From Catajapyx aquilonaris (lineage: Eukaryota): 32,019 bases of DNA. A model generated the notes under the pieces. The model searched no databases and had not been told where the DNA came from. It saw nothing but the letters and a program-made list of their open reading frames with translations. The DNA lies in the NCBI GenBank assembly GCA_000934665.2, contig KZ538259.1, positions 62,001 to 94,019 of the forward strand, in the 5' to 3' direction. The position numbers and the translations under genes are program-made. Position 1 is the stretch's first letter. Each line of letters opens with the position of its first letter. Below, piece after piece: positions 11,559 to 23,273 of this stretch.

Positions 11559-11636
11559 AGCAAGTGTTTTTTGGTGCTGACGTGTGTTAATGAATTTAAA
11601 TTCATTAACACACGTCAGCACCAAAAAACACTTGCT
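11559..11636. repeat. Perfect 78-bp spacerless palindrome
   Basis: AGCAAGTGTTTTTTGGTGCTGACGTGTGTTAATGAATTT|AAATTCATTAACACACGTCAGCACCAAAAAACACTTGCT; 39/39 pairs. Confidence 0.97.
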
Positions 11637-11761
11637 AAAAATGGAAAGTGGACAATGGGAAATCAATGCAAATAATTCTTGATTTGTATAACAGGTACCG
11701 GATTATGTTCTAATGCAGACTAGTGACCGCAGAAATGACACAGTTGGGTTAGCTTATTACA

Positions 11762-11809
11762 TGGAGTGTTGCAATGCAATTATATTTTAATTGCATTGCT
11801 AACACTCCA
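11762..11809. repeat. Hairpin, 21-bp stem with one bulge and 5-nt loop
   Basis: TGGAGTGTTGCAATGCAATTA-TATTT-TAATTGCATTGC(T)AACACTCCA. Confidence 0.85.
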
Positions 11810-11862
11810 GATGTTGAAACAGAATATTCAATAGTACCAACCTAATAGACCTTCATTACTCT

Positions 11863-11939
11863 TCTGATTGTGTATCAACATGAAAGAATTCTATTCTTTT
11901 GAAACCAAAATAAATCCCGCATGTTGATGCACAATCAGA
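11863..11939. repeat. Inverted repeat, 20-bp arms
   Basis: TCTGATTGTGTATCAACATG (11863-11882) / CATGTTGATGCACAATCAGA (11920-11939); 19/20 Watson-Crick pairs, and the mismatch is a U-G wobble on the + strand. Confidence 0.85.
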
Positions 11940-13085
11940 TAAGCATTTCGTAATTTTTGGTTACAAACCCTGTCAGTTACATGTGTTCAACTGCTGCAGT
12001 ATATACAATAGCAGTCAACTGGCATAACCTTGTCATTACGTACCTATTGATAATCACTAAGTTTTAAAAAATCAATATCCCATATTGACCTCAGTTCTAT
12101 AGTGGCTTCATTATGACAGACACTCGTGCGCTAAGCATTTCCCAAGAAAGTTTATTCGACCTTTGCGAGCCATAAGGGTAGTCTGGTGTCCCCAGTCGAC
12201 AATTATGCAGAAAAAACTTCTATAATCCTTATAATATAGTGCACGCTCTGGCAAGAGTTCCTTAGCATTGTATAGTAGCATCTGAATAAAAGCAAAAAAA
12301 AAAAACGGCCAGGATTCTGTGCAAAAAATATGTACAAAATTTACTCTGCAGTTTAATAATTTCACATTACTCACAAAATATTTCATGCAAACTAATTGAT
12401 TATTACTTGACTTTTTGATACCACATGCGCCTACCAATGTCACTTTTTATACAAGTAACTTAATAATTTGTTTTCACTCCATCACCTAAAAAGTACCATT
12501 ATTATAGCAGAACTCAAACTGAACCTAGGAAATGCAACGAATCCGATTAGGAAATTGAATTACCTTCTACGGCATGTCATTACAAAAAAATCTTAGAGCG
12601 TCACAATCTTGTTAGGAAAATTCATAATCCACGTTAAAACCCACACAAATACACAATATATCTCTTCATCACTGAGAAGGTACTGTGGAATATGGGTCAG
12701 CAAATAACTCGATAAGGGGGTCTTGACCCCGAGTAACATCAATTTAATTGTCACACTGCAATGTTGTACGACATTTTAGAAAGGAGAACAACATGTTGCC
12801 TTCAAATAGACAAAATCAATATCAGAGGATAAACAAGAAGACCCCTTGGCCAAGAGTATCTGAGGGAACCCTGACTTGATACAGTTCACTGTCCAGTCGA
12901 ATGCAATGCACCTTCCTTTGCGCCCCCCCCCCCACCTCCTCTTATTTCGCTATTTTCCATCTGGCCAACCTACATGTTACGTGACTGTTATCTGGCATGT
13001 CCCATTCGGATGGATGCACACAGAATGAGCAACTGATCGATCACAGTCAGCAGAGGACACGAAAGGGAATTCACCTTGACGTATT

Positions 13086-13229
13086 CTATGGGGCTCAAAT
13101 TATTTTGGCCACTTTATCCTGGTCTTGCAGCAACCCTTCACACACACACACACCTGCTCAACTTGGGGCCTGTGCGAATGGTTGCTTCAAGACCAGGATA
13201 ACGTGGCCAAAACCATTTGAGCTCCATAG
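13086..13229. mobile_element. MITE with CTATGGGGCTC termini (short, empty form)
   Basis: TIR CTATGGGGCTCAAATTATTTTGGCCACTTTATCCTGGTCTTG... / ...CAAGACCAGGATAACGTGGCCAAAACCATTTGAGCTCCATAG|TA; second copy at 28940-29397. Confidence 0.9.
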
Positions 13230-13882
13230 TACAAGCTTCGCATGATTTCCTTTTGTCACACTGGGACTTGTGACTCTAATCAAAGCACTCGGCCTCCACG
13301 GGGAACTGGAGCCAACTAAAGGTTTTCAAGCAAAAAATAAATAACTGCATGCTCTCAACTTCTAGCAGTAGTTATCCCCTACAGGTTAGCAAAAACTTTT
13401 GTTTTTTTAAAATATCACCAACTTTTGCTATAATATAGAGGGACATTTGTATAATGCATATGCAAATAATTTTGCCAATTATCGTGTTTACCTACGATGT
13501 TGGAAAATTATACACTCTGAATTTGCAACGGGTGACATTATATCGACCTCTAAACTGGATAATACAAGGCTCTAAAAGCATACTATTTTCGAGTTCGATG
13601 CTATAACCTTCAGAACCTTTATTTGTCGAATAAGCTGAGGTCCAAGTTAGGTTTGTCTTCAAAAGGATGTCTCCCTATTCTCCCCCAGCCAGAATAACTG
13701 TCTCCATATCGAGCCCTCAGGACCTAAAGCACCCTATACTGTACTAATATCGTCCTGGGCTAATCTTTCTTCTCTATCCTGCCGGAAAGGATCGACCAGG
13801 CGTACCATGTAATTCAACTGGACTAATTATAATAGTCTCATAGCGCAAAGTAACATTACACACCACACGTTCATCCTCGACT

Positions 13883-13883
<1 letters not shown>

Positions 13884-13949
<66 letters not shown>

Positions 13950-13966
13950 TAATAATAATAATAATC

Positions 13967-14039
<73 letters not shown>
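13884..14039. repeat. (AAT)n microsatellite with a few interruptions
   Basis: About 156 bp of AAT repeats; source of the poly-Ile ORF artefact. Confidence 0.98.
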
Positions 14040-14040
<1 letters not shown>

Positions 14041-14988
14041 CAAATTCATACGTGATTTTTTAAGTACCGGTATTGCAAATGTGGAATCTGCAAAGTGTCA
14101 AATAAAATTCATCACAAAATCAATGTCGAGAAAATGTGAAGAAGCACACCTTGAACATGACTACCCCCACCACTCTTCCTCCCTACTCCTCTCCATCCCC
14201 CATCTCCCACAGTCGGCTCTCACTAATTACAGCAAAAAACTGTTTGGTGGAAAAGAAGCGTTACTGGAAGGGGCTTCTCCTTTTCTTCCAGGTCGCAGAG
14301 AGTGAGGTCTCTCCCTCCCCACTACACACCCACCCCCTTTCCCTTGAAATTCCAATCAAGACAAATTACTCTCAATTGTGTTTCTTCGGAAAGGGAAGCT
14401 TCACTGCCTGTCGTCTCCAAACAACAGACGTAGTTCGGATCAATTATCCACGATGTCTATTGCTTCTAAAAAAAATTTCCTCGTCCAAATTTTAAAGTGA
14501 AGACTTGGGTTACTCTTCAGCACTTCATAACATATTGCTTGTTGAATTTCAAAGAATTTCATGGCGTCTAACTCTGAATTGGGCCACACAGTGCTTATAT
14601 CGGAGGTACAGAAGAAAGGCTGATGGGAAAGTACTGTAACTTGTCGACTATTTCTATGAATAGCAGGAGATGATGAATCTCCTAGATACTTCACAAGTCG
14701 CAATAACCCTATAAAGAGACACCTACCAAGAAAAGAAGAAAGCGTTCTCCTCAGCTGCAGAACCGAATTCCAATTTACAGGTATATATAAAAAAAAAGAA
14801 AAATCTCCTCCACTTCTTCATTTTTTCACCCAAAAAAAGTGGCTTCCGACATGCTCTCGTGTTTGAGAAAAGGTACGGTAGCTGCGCTTCCTTTCCCTTC
14901 TTCGCCTCAAAAAAGTGCCCCCCCCCCCCCACCCCTCCTTTTCCTCCACGACTCCATTTTTTTTCGTCGCTTCGAGAACTGAAGGCAC

Positions 14989-15000
14989 NNNNNNNNNNNN
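14989..15000. other. Assembly gap (12 N)
   Basis: Run of N next to a poly-A stretch. Confidence 0.99.
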
Positions 15001-16184
15001 AAAAAAAAAAAAAGAGTTGGCAAGTCCGAAATCCATTCTGGGAACCAATCGAATTGGACGGTTCAGATTGTTTATTTCCTTTGGCGAAAGTTACCGAGAA
15101 TCTCATTAGCCGTTCTGGGAAATGAAAGCGAAGTTGAGGGCGCAGCTCCTCAACTCATTAACAGAGCGGCAAAGACGGCGGAAATGATCGGCAAATGGGG
15201 AAAGGAGAGGAGGCACTGGAAAGCGGTCCCACTTGCTAGGTCCATTCCAATTCACTTCGACAAAACCCGACGCACACTCGCCATCTTTTCTTTTTCTCGC
15301 CATTCTATAGCAACGTCTCAGGGAAAAGGGGGACATCCGCCACTTATGCGCGACATGTTGTAAAAGTGGTGGCTTTCCTGCTGGAGAGATGAGGTGCTGT
15401 TGGTTGGCATATGACAAAGTGTAAGTAGGTATAGGAAAGGCCTATGGGAGATGCCTTAGTGGATTTCTTAACTTGGTCAAAGGACAGTGTGGTAAAAAAT
15501 AATAATGATTTTCTCCTCTACCTGGAGGGAATTCAAGCAAGAAAAATGAGTGTACAACTAACTGGGATGAACCGTGCCGAAATCGCTCTTGGCAATTGCT
15601 CGTCCAGCCTAGGACGAGCAATTGCACAGAGCGAAAGCGAAACTGACTAATCAAAATGTGTAATAAGGTGAGGGCTTAAAATTTCAATTATAATAGTAAC
15701 TTATATTGAATATTGACATTTAAAATATTTTACAAAAAAAATATATCAATACTGCTATAAACATACAGCTAACTGTAGGGGTGTTCATCATCCCAGAACA
15801 TGTTGCGAGAATGTGCTGCAGTGATTTTCTTTCCCTCCCCCCTCCCCCTCCTCTCATGGAGCATTTTTATTCTGACTTTGCCTCTTCTGAAACACACACA
15901 ACAAAGGGTACCATAAACACTGTATGTTGTAAACTATAAAACTGGAACGATTCTGAAGTGTCAAGAAATATGCTTCCGATCCCCGCAGTGTAGCCGCCAG
16001 GTAGGATTCGGGCAAGAGAAGCGAAGGCGCATTTTCCCACGCGCAACTCGCCTCTCGTAGTTAGGGAAACAACGTGACTTGCGGGGATACGCGACATATC
16101 CACCGACATGTATGTGAAATCAATAAATGGAAATATAGCCTACATACTGTGTAATGTATACTTTATACTGTCAGTTCCCAAGTA

Positions 16185-16247
<63 letters not shown>

Positions 16248-16589
16248 CCCTACGCCATTCGAATGGGGTTGCTAGTGGCTTACGATGGAAGGCCAGACTG
16301 GCCAGACTCTTACGAGTTTGTCTTGATTGGAGGAGGCGATGCAACTAAGGCTATGATCAGGCCATGATAATGTAGGGGAAGGGTAGGAAGGACGCAGTCC
16401 TATAAACCATTCTTGATGTGTTTTATCATATTGAGAGAAACCTGAAGGACTCGCAAAAACTCACGATAGTACGGAGAGAACCTATCACAACACTTTCCGT
16501 ATGAGAAAATCCACTGCCCGACAAGGAGATCAAACACAGACCTTCAGAAGTAGACTGTAGCTTAAGCCACTATACCATAGTACCTGCCC
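16185..16589 (-). mobile_element. Degenerate tRNA-derived SINE with (TAA)n tail
   Basis: Minus strand begins GGGCAGGTACTATGGTATAGTGGCTTAAG (A-box-like), then a decayed B-box GTTTGATCTCC; ends ...ACCCCATTCGAATGGCGTAGGGA followed by (TAA)n at 16185-16247; no clear TSD. Confidence 0.65.
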
Positions 16590-16604
16590 ATACCATATAC
16601 AGTA

Positions 16605-16889
16605 CTGGGTTCAGTGGGGCTTAACGTCGGTCTATTTCTGCCTCTAAGGCTACACATCGACGCCAGGGGGTGGTCCTCCTCCTGGAAATTTGGCCACTCT
16701 GGGGATCTTTAACGTGCACTCGCGCAATGTCACAAGCACACGGGACCGACGGCTTTACTTCCCCTCCGAAGGAAGGCGCACTCTCACTTTTCTACCACCC
16801 GGAGAAAAGTCACCGACCTCGGCCGGGTTCGAACCCACAACCTTGGGACCAGAGGCGAGAGCACTAACCACTAGTCCACCAAGGCCGGC
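16605..16889 (-). mobile_element. tRNA-derived SINE with Meta-domain-like core (MetaSINE-like)
   Basis: Minus strand: A-box TGGACTAGTGG, B-box GGTTCGAACCC; core TCCTTCGGAGGGGAAGTAAAGCCGTCGGTCCCGTGTGC...GTGCACGTTAAAGATCCC (about 16702-16773) matches my recollection of the Meta domain; 3' end GACGTTAAGCC. Confidence 0.85.
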
Positions 16890-19808
16890 TAATCGGTATA
16901 CTATTTTGTCCAAAATGATGGAGAGGTGCATAAGACAACTTAGACGATTCGTGACGATTCGGTACGGTCGTCTATAGTACCTCATAAGGTGTATTATAGC
17001 TCACAATGCAAGATGTAAGTTAATTCCTGCCAAAAGAAATACCAAATTTGCTTTGAAGCGAACCTCCTCAGGTACAAAAAATCCAGATTTATCCGTAATA
17101 TTACTTTGGAATCGCTGATTGAGTAGCGAAGCCCTTCTAAATGGTTGTTTTTTTCTGTTGAATTTCAGGTTCCGAGATTTCTTTTTCCCCGTCAACAACC
17201 ATTACAAGAGAAACAAAAGTTGAGGAAAGGAAAAGGAAACAATTCTACCGGTATCGCTTTTGTCGAAACCTAATGAATACATGGGTATAAACACAGAAAA
17301 ACATCCTAATAGAATAAGTGTGAGTGGTTTTTTTCTCTCTCCCACTGCGAAAATACGATGATAAGGTTTCACCGGAAAGTCTGGATATTGTTATTGGCTT
17401 CCTTATAGAGCTCAATTTTCTAGCACAAAAAGAAAAAGAAAGACCCAAACAATCAGAGGCAAATTTTTTTTTTGACAGGTACAAGTTTCGTTTTCCCCAT
17501 TACATTTTGTGCGGTCTCTAAAGACTTTTCTTCAAGAAGAACAACATTAAACTTAAACATTAAACATTATGACTATTTATTTCAATACCTCGTCCATTCT
17601 ATTTCTCTAGAGCTGGTACAGTATAATGTTAGCTTCAGCCATATTGGCCAGCCCCCCCCCCCCCTTTTTTTTTGTCCAAACTCTCAGACCAACGAACGAG
17701 GGTGGTGCCGGTGGGAAAGAGAGTCTATAATATGTAATATGTCATCCGGAGGGAGGGGATGGAGTGGACACAAAAGTTGAAACATAGCCCTATGGCCGAG
17801 ATGAGGGATGAGCTGTCGAATTCCTGCAAATTGCAGTTGGAGGCTCTTCTAAAAACAAAGGTCATGCTGCGTAGGTGAGCTCACACCGAAAGGGCTGAAG
17901 AACATACAAACGAAGCTTAAAAAAAATTAAACCAAACCAAGTCAGTGCAAATATGCTTTTTTTTTTTGCAGCCCAGCTCGCATTTCTAACTGTCAACATA
18001 CTCTTTTTTTATATGATGGAAACGTCTACCGGCTATGATTTCCAACTATTTACAAAGGAAATACATTTTCCTCGTTTCGTATATACCACTACGATCAAGG
18101 CCTGAGGGGGCAGGGGAGGGTGGGCCAAATACGGTCATTTTTAGACTGGCATGTACATTTCATTTGATATTTATATTTCCATAATGGCGCCCCACCTACT
18201 GTAGTCGCAGTCGATATTTAGCGTGCTTCAACTATAACCGACCAATGAACACCATTTCGAACACAAAGGTAGGATTCATAGTTTGGGATGGAAATGCACA
18301 TGCATTGTGAAAACATTATGTACGGTCGTCACTCAAAATTAACTAAACATGTATACCTGTACACAGAAAGAGTGGATAAGTGCCGGTTTGATGCACGTGA
18401 TTACTGTTTGGTAAAATACATTTTTTACACGCGTCAGTCACGATGGACACAACGTGTAAATTATGGTCGTATTAATAACGATGGGGTAACTCGATTTTGC
18501 CACATCGTAAATTTTTAACAGCATTGAGGGGGTATATTTTCATGCCTGGAAGCGAGGTTTTTTTTATGATTTTGTTCTGAGGTGACCATTGTGAGTTAAT
18601 TACAACTTCCGATGGTATGAAGTAGCAACTCATAAAAAGAACAACTGGAAAGAGCATTCTTTACACGCTAGCGAGCTCTCCAATTCCACGAATGAATGGC
18701 AGTCCTAATTACACACCAACTGTACAGGCTATCCAGACATGCACAGCTGGGATTGTTGTCGAGCACCCGATTGGCTTACCTATGGAAACAATACAATCGG
18801 GCCCAAAAAAGCTCAGCACAAAGCCTATCTCAAACGAAGGAACACAATGGGCACGTAAAACGTCCAGTTTTTCCCGTAAGCATACAAGGGACTACAGCGG
18901 CTCAATCAAATAAATATATCTAACTATCTAACTCTACAGTTCAAAGGTAAACTTTTGCCACATTGTCAAACTCACTGTAATACTCCCTGCACCGCCCTCT
19001 TTCGATGTCGCCTATTATTAACTTATAACTTCTTTTTATAGTATAGTAATGATGACAGGTTCGTTCCTCTAGACGGTTCCATTTAACTATTTCGCTGACG
19101 CATGATTTTTTTTTTAGTGGTGGAGAAAGAGGTTCATCCGAGCTGACCCGGAATAATCGCCACGGGAGGTTAAGATACCCACTTTATACACGGGCTGGCT
19201 CATAAATCACGGGGACAAACGAAAGTCGATATGACTCGTGGCTGTGAAGAACCCTATCTACACTGGCGACCATGCAACCAAGAACACAGCCTTTATGTTC
19301 CCCAGGAGTCGGTACATATCTACCTGAAAGAAACAGGCAGCATGACAATCCCGAAGGTTATGTGCCATTTCAGATAGATTCACATAGTAGTAGTACTGTA
19401 CAAATACTGATCGCGTAAGGCATGACAATAATAAAAAATACCGTATTTATCTGCAGAATTTTTTAAAGCCTCAGTGTTGGTCGTTGTGATCCAGCCATCA
19501 ATTTCTGTGGGCACCATACATACTGTGCAGTTCTTCCCCAATGGATAATCTTAGGGCTGTCGCATACAGACGTGGAGCGCATTGAAAGGGTCTCCTCCCA
19601 GTGAAAAGCGAGACTAGCAACTAAAAAGCAATGGAGAATAGAGACCACAACCAGACAATGCTCATAGCCTGTGCTGAAAGCTAGTGACTTACTTTAACCT
19701 ACATACGTCCAATATTCCATTATTTGGCGCCTATATTTTTTCAAACCTGATGTTACCAGTGCAAATAGTAATTATTCCACGATGTAAATTTTCATATAAA
19801 TTTTTATA

Positions 19809-19841
19809 ATAATTATAATAATTATAATAATAATAATAACG

Positions 19842-19895
<54 letters not shown>

Positions 19896-20129
19896 GATAT
19901 CCCGTGATAGGCCTTCTTGAGCCTCTTAGGGGCTCATTGCCTGCGCTGCGCTGTGATGGATTTTGATTGCGGGAGGAAACGGGAGAACCCCGAGAAAACC
20001 CACGCGAACACGGAGAGAGACCATCGAAACTCTATCCACATAAGTATCCTCAGTCCGACCCGGGGATCGAACTCGGGACCTTAGAGGTGGAAGGCTGCGG
20101 CGCTAACCACTCCGCTACTGTGTCGCCCT
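19809..20129 (-). mobile_element. tRNA-derived SINE with V-domain-like core, (TTA)n tail and TSD
   Basis: Minus strand: A-box TAGCGGAGTGG, B-box GTTCGATCCC; core TGTGGATAGAGTTT...CTCCGTGTTCGCGTGGGTTTTCTCGGGGTTCTCCCGTTTCCTCCC (about 19969-20040) resembles the V-SINE domain; TSD TATAAATTTTTATA (19795-19808) / TATAAATTTGTATA (20130-20143). Confidence 0.88.
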
Positions 20130-23100
20130 TATAAATTTGTATATAAAGTTCGGTTAAGCGATAAGATTAATAGAAGACACTGTATTGTGTTTTTGACTGA
20201 ACTTTACCATGCTCCTGACAAATGCAGGCAGCAAAATGATGAAAGTTTAGGTCATTTTAAACCCCTCCATCCGTATGTTTTAGAAATGAACAGTGGGCAA
20301 AGTGCTCAAAAGCAGCTGATCATTCATTAGGCCGGAGATGCATGAGAATAATTGTGTGCCTTTACTAACCGTCTACTTGCACATCAGGCAGTTCCTCCAA
20401 ATAAGCTTCGTGACAAAGTGGGCTTGTTAGCGGAGAAGCAGCCCCCCGATTAGCCCACCGTGTAACTCATCTACTACTTCTACAAGATTAATGTTTCACA
20501 ATCGCTTTTATCACAATAGAAGAGAAGATCCAAAACCACGCGATATTATTCTTAAACAATAGTGTTATTTTTCCCTCTTCTGACCATTGCATTGGTCTGA
20601 AAAGTGACCACTCCTCAGTACAGTCCAAATTGATCAAGTTGGTAACATTGTGGTTGGCAGGGCCCATGTTCAGGAGAAAGCAAAGTTAGGTCTTGTGTTG
20701 CACACGTTTCAAAGAACTGTTCGGTCGGATTCGTGCTGAGGACAACGGGTCTAATCTGGAGCTCTGCAAATGTGGCCACGTGCTGAGATGCTGCCGTGGT
20801 CAAACGGCCCGCGGAATTCCAATGCGGTAGGCAGTTCAGGGTAGGCGAATCCGGACGAATCGATCCCACCCACCCTGCCAAATCATATATACTGTTATAT
20901 ACAGTATACCTCTTCTCTTGCACCTCCCCCAACTTTTCGCAAGGTTGTCCCCAACTTCATAATCGATTGGCAAATTCGTTTTCGGGAGTTGTTTATGGCG
21001 ATGCAACAGGGACCTTGTTGGGCTGTTGTGTAGCACGTGTGTTACTGGATAATATTTGGCGTCTAGATGATGAGGTATAATTGGTGATTACCAGACAGAT
21101 TTCTGTCAGTGCAATTTATAAGTTATATAAAATAGCATTTTTTTTGATGCGGCTAATGGCTAATTTTATGCACACGGCTCAGTTTTTAGTAACGTGTAAC
21201 CTGTTACAGAATATTCAGTGTCTCATTTTGAAGCAAAAGATGGAGCGGATTTCGATGCGCAATATTTTACAATGCCTCTCGCACACTTGTTGCAACGTCG
21301 ATAAATTCAAACCTGCCGAGGTCCAAAACGAGTCAAATACAGTACGCAATAATTTTAGGCGCCGCCACCTTTTTTGTGTCACCAGCTGACATAATTGGAA
21401 AATGTTCCATATACAGGTTCCGCAACCAATTAATGGAATATTTCAATTCAAATATTCTCCGCTGCTTTGCATAACATGTAAGCTAATGCTGCTGTTTGGA
21501 CGTATCTGGAAAATTAATTTTCAAAAAAGGAGGTTGGGCAAAATAAAATTATGGCGTTTTTTTCCAAAATTAAAATAGACGCAATTGATCGTAGAATACC
21601 GGTACCTATGTATTGCCGCTTTCAAATTTAGTTAGGGTCTGCACGAAATCAGCAGTTCCAGATTAGAATCTGTTTTATAAAGCAGAGTTCAGCTTTAGCT
21701 TAACATCTTCTGTAGTAATCACGTAACTAGCTTTATAAAGCCCAACACATTTTGGCCATTTAAAAAATAGTGCCTACCTGTGCCGAAATTCAGCATTTTA
21801 GACTTTGATAGGTATGAAAAAATGAAGTCGAATAAAGAACGTTCACACATTCAAATTACAGTAATTTTCTTTAACTTCTATTAACTTTCACAGCTTTTCG
21901 TAAGCTCCATTCTGGATTGAGGGCTTAGTTGAACAAGGTCAGATACAGCATATCAGATTCTTGCCTGACAATATATTTATTTGACAGCTTTACAATCAGG
22001 AAACAACGTTTATTTCCATCAAATAAAGGTTGGAAACATAAATAATGTGAGATTCCCTTTGAAACCAACATGATTCAACCAGCCCTAGGGCGAATATCAT
22101 TTACTTTTAAAACTAATGTGTGTTAATGCTTTCAAACTAATCATCCCAGAAGTAGGCTTAGCAAGAATACTTTGTTAGAAATGTTTTGTTATATTTGGTT
22201 AAGACCTACACAGTGCGCTATACAGTATAGCATAATTAATTGTGAGGATTAATGGCTATAAAATTATCGTGTAACTAACTTTAAAAAATAATGTGTGGCA
22301 AGCAATTTTGTCACTTACTAAAATGTCACATTTGTTTGCAACTTGGTTTTTGTTAGGCCTATATAAACTGTAGCCTTGCTCAAGTTCTCGGATACACGGA
22401 CACATAACTTATATGAGAAGCCAGGAGGATAAAACAATTGCGGTACGTAACATTCCAAAAAATAGCAATTAAATTTAATATAATCGTGACGTTAATTTAC
22501 ATTGGGTGAGATTGGGTAATTCTGGAAAAGAGTGTGAAGTAGGCCTACCCAAATTCCGTATGCGCTTCCCTGGCAAAATTATTCTACATAAATAAAAACT
22601 TATGAAGTAATTATAATATTGACAAAAAATGAGTCATTTTTACAGCTGCACCAACTTTGCTGAAATTGCAAAAATGACTTATGGCCGGTTTCACCAAGCC
22701 CGGTTTTCATAAAAAACCCGGTTCTTTCGGAAAATCCCTACAAACTAAACGCGAGAAGCAATAATATCAAGAAACACATACCCGGTACTATGCTAAAACG
22801 AGTAATCAGGCAGAAGTGCATACCAAGAAATAAAGGCAGAGAGACCATCCTCCTTATCTGTCACACCCTCCGGATCACCCAAAGCGACGAAGGTGACAAG
22901 AAGCTCGGAAAGACACAGAGCTATCATTCCTTGTGTATTATAATATCACAGGTACCATCTATCAAATTCATGACATATGACAACTCCGCGTTTATCCGGG
23001 CTTGTTTCTCAGTGATATTTTTCAGGTTATCCGGAGGGGCTGACATACAGATAAGGCGGTGGATGCTCTGTGGGACAATATACAGGTAATCTGCTGTCCA

Positions 23101-23178
23101 GCAAGACTTTGCAACAACCAAACAAGTGAATATCTGAATGCAAAACGATCAGAGTCTCATTTTAATAATGTCGATATG

Positions 23179-23273
23179 CAGTTGAATCTGGATATAACAG
23201 ACTTAAAATGGGTCTGTTATAGCCAAATACACAAATCATGTAACCGAAAGTCTGTTATATCCAGGTTCAACTG
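23179..23273. mobile_element. Small pogo/Tigger-like MITE
   Basis: TIR CAGTTGAATCTGGATATAACAGACTT / AAGTCTGTTATATCCAGGTTCAACTG (25/26); right flank TA, left flank TG; extra internal GTCTGTTATA motif. Confidence 0.8.

Noticed and set aside
13774..14049. Poly-Ile ORF, and the poly-Leu ORF at 16154-16348
   Set aside because: Microsatellite translation artefacts.
22683..22722. Harbinger-like TIR or twister-like CCAAGCCCGG motif
   Set aside because: No partner TIR found and the other twister conserved elements are missing.
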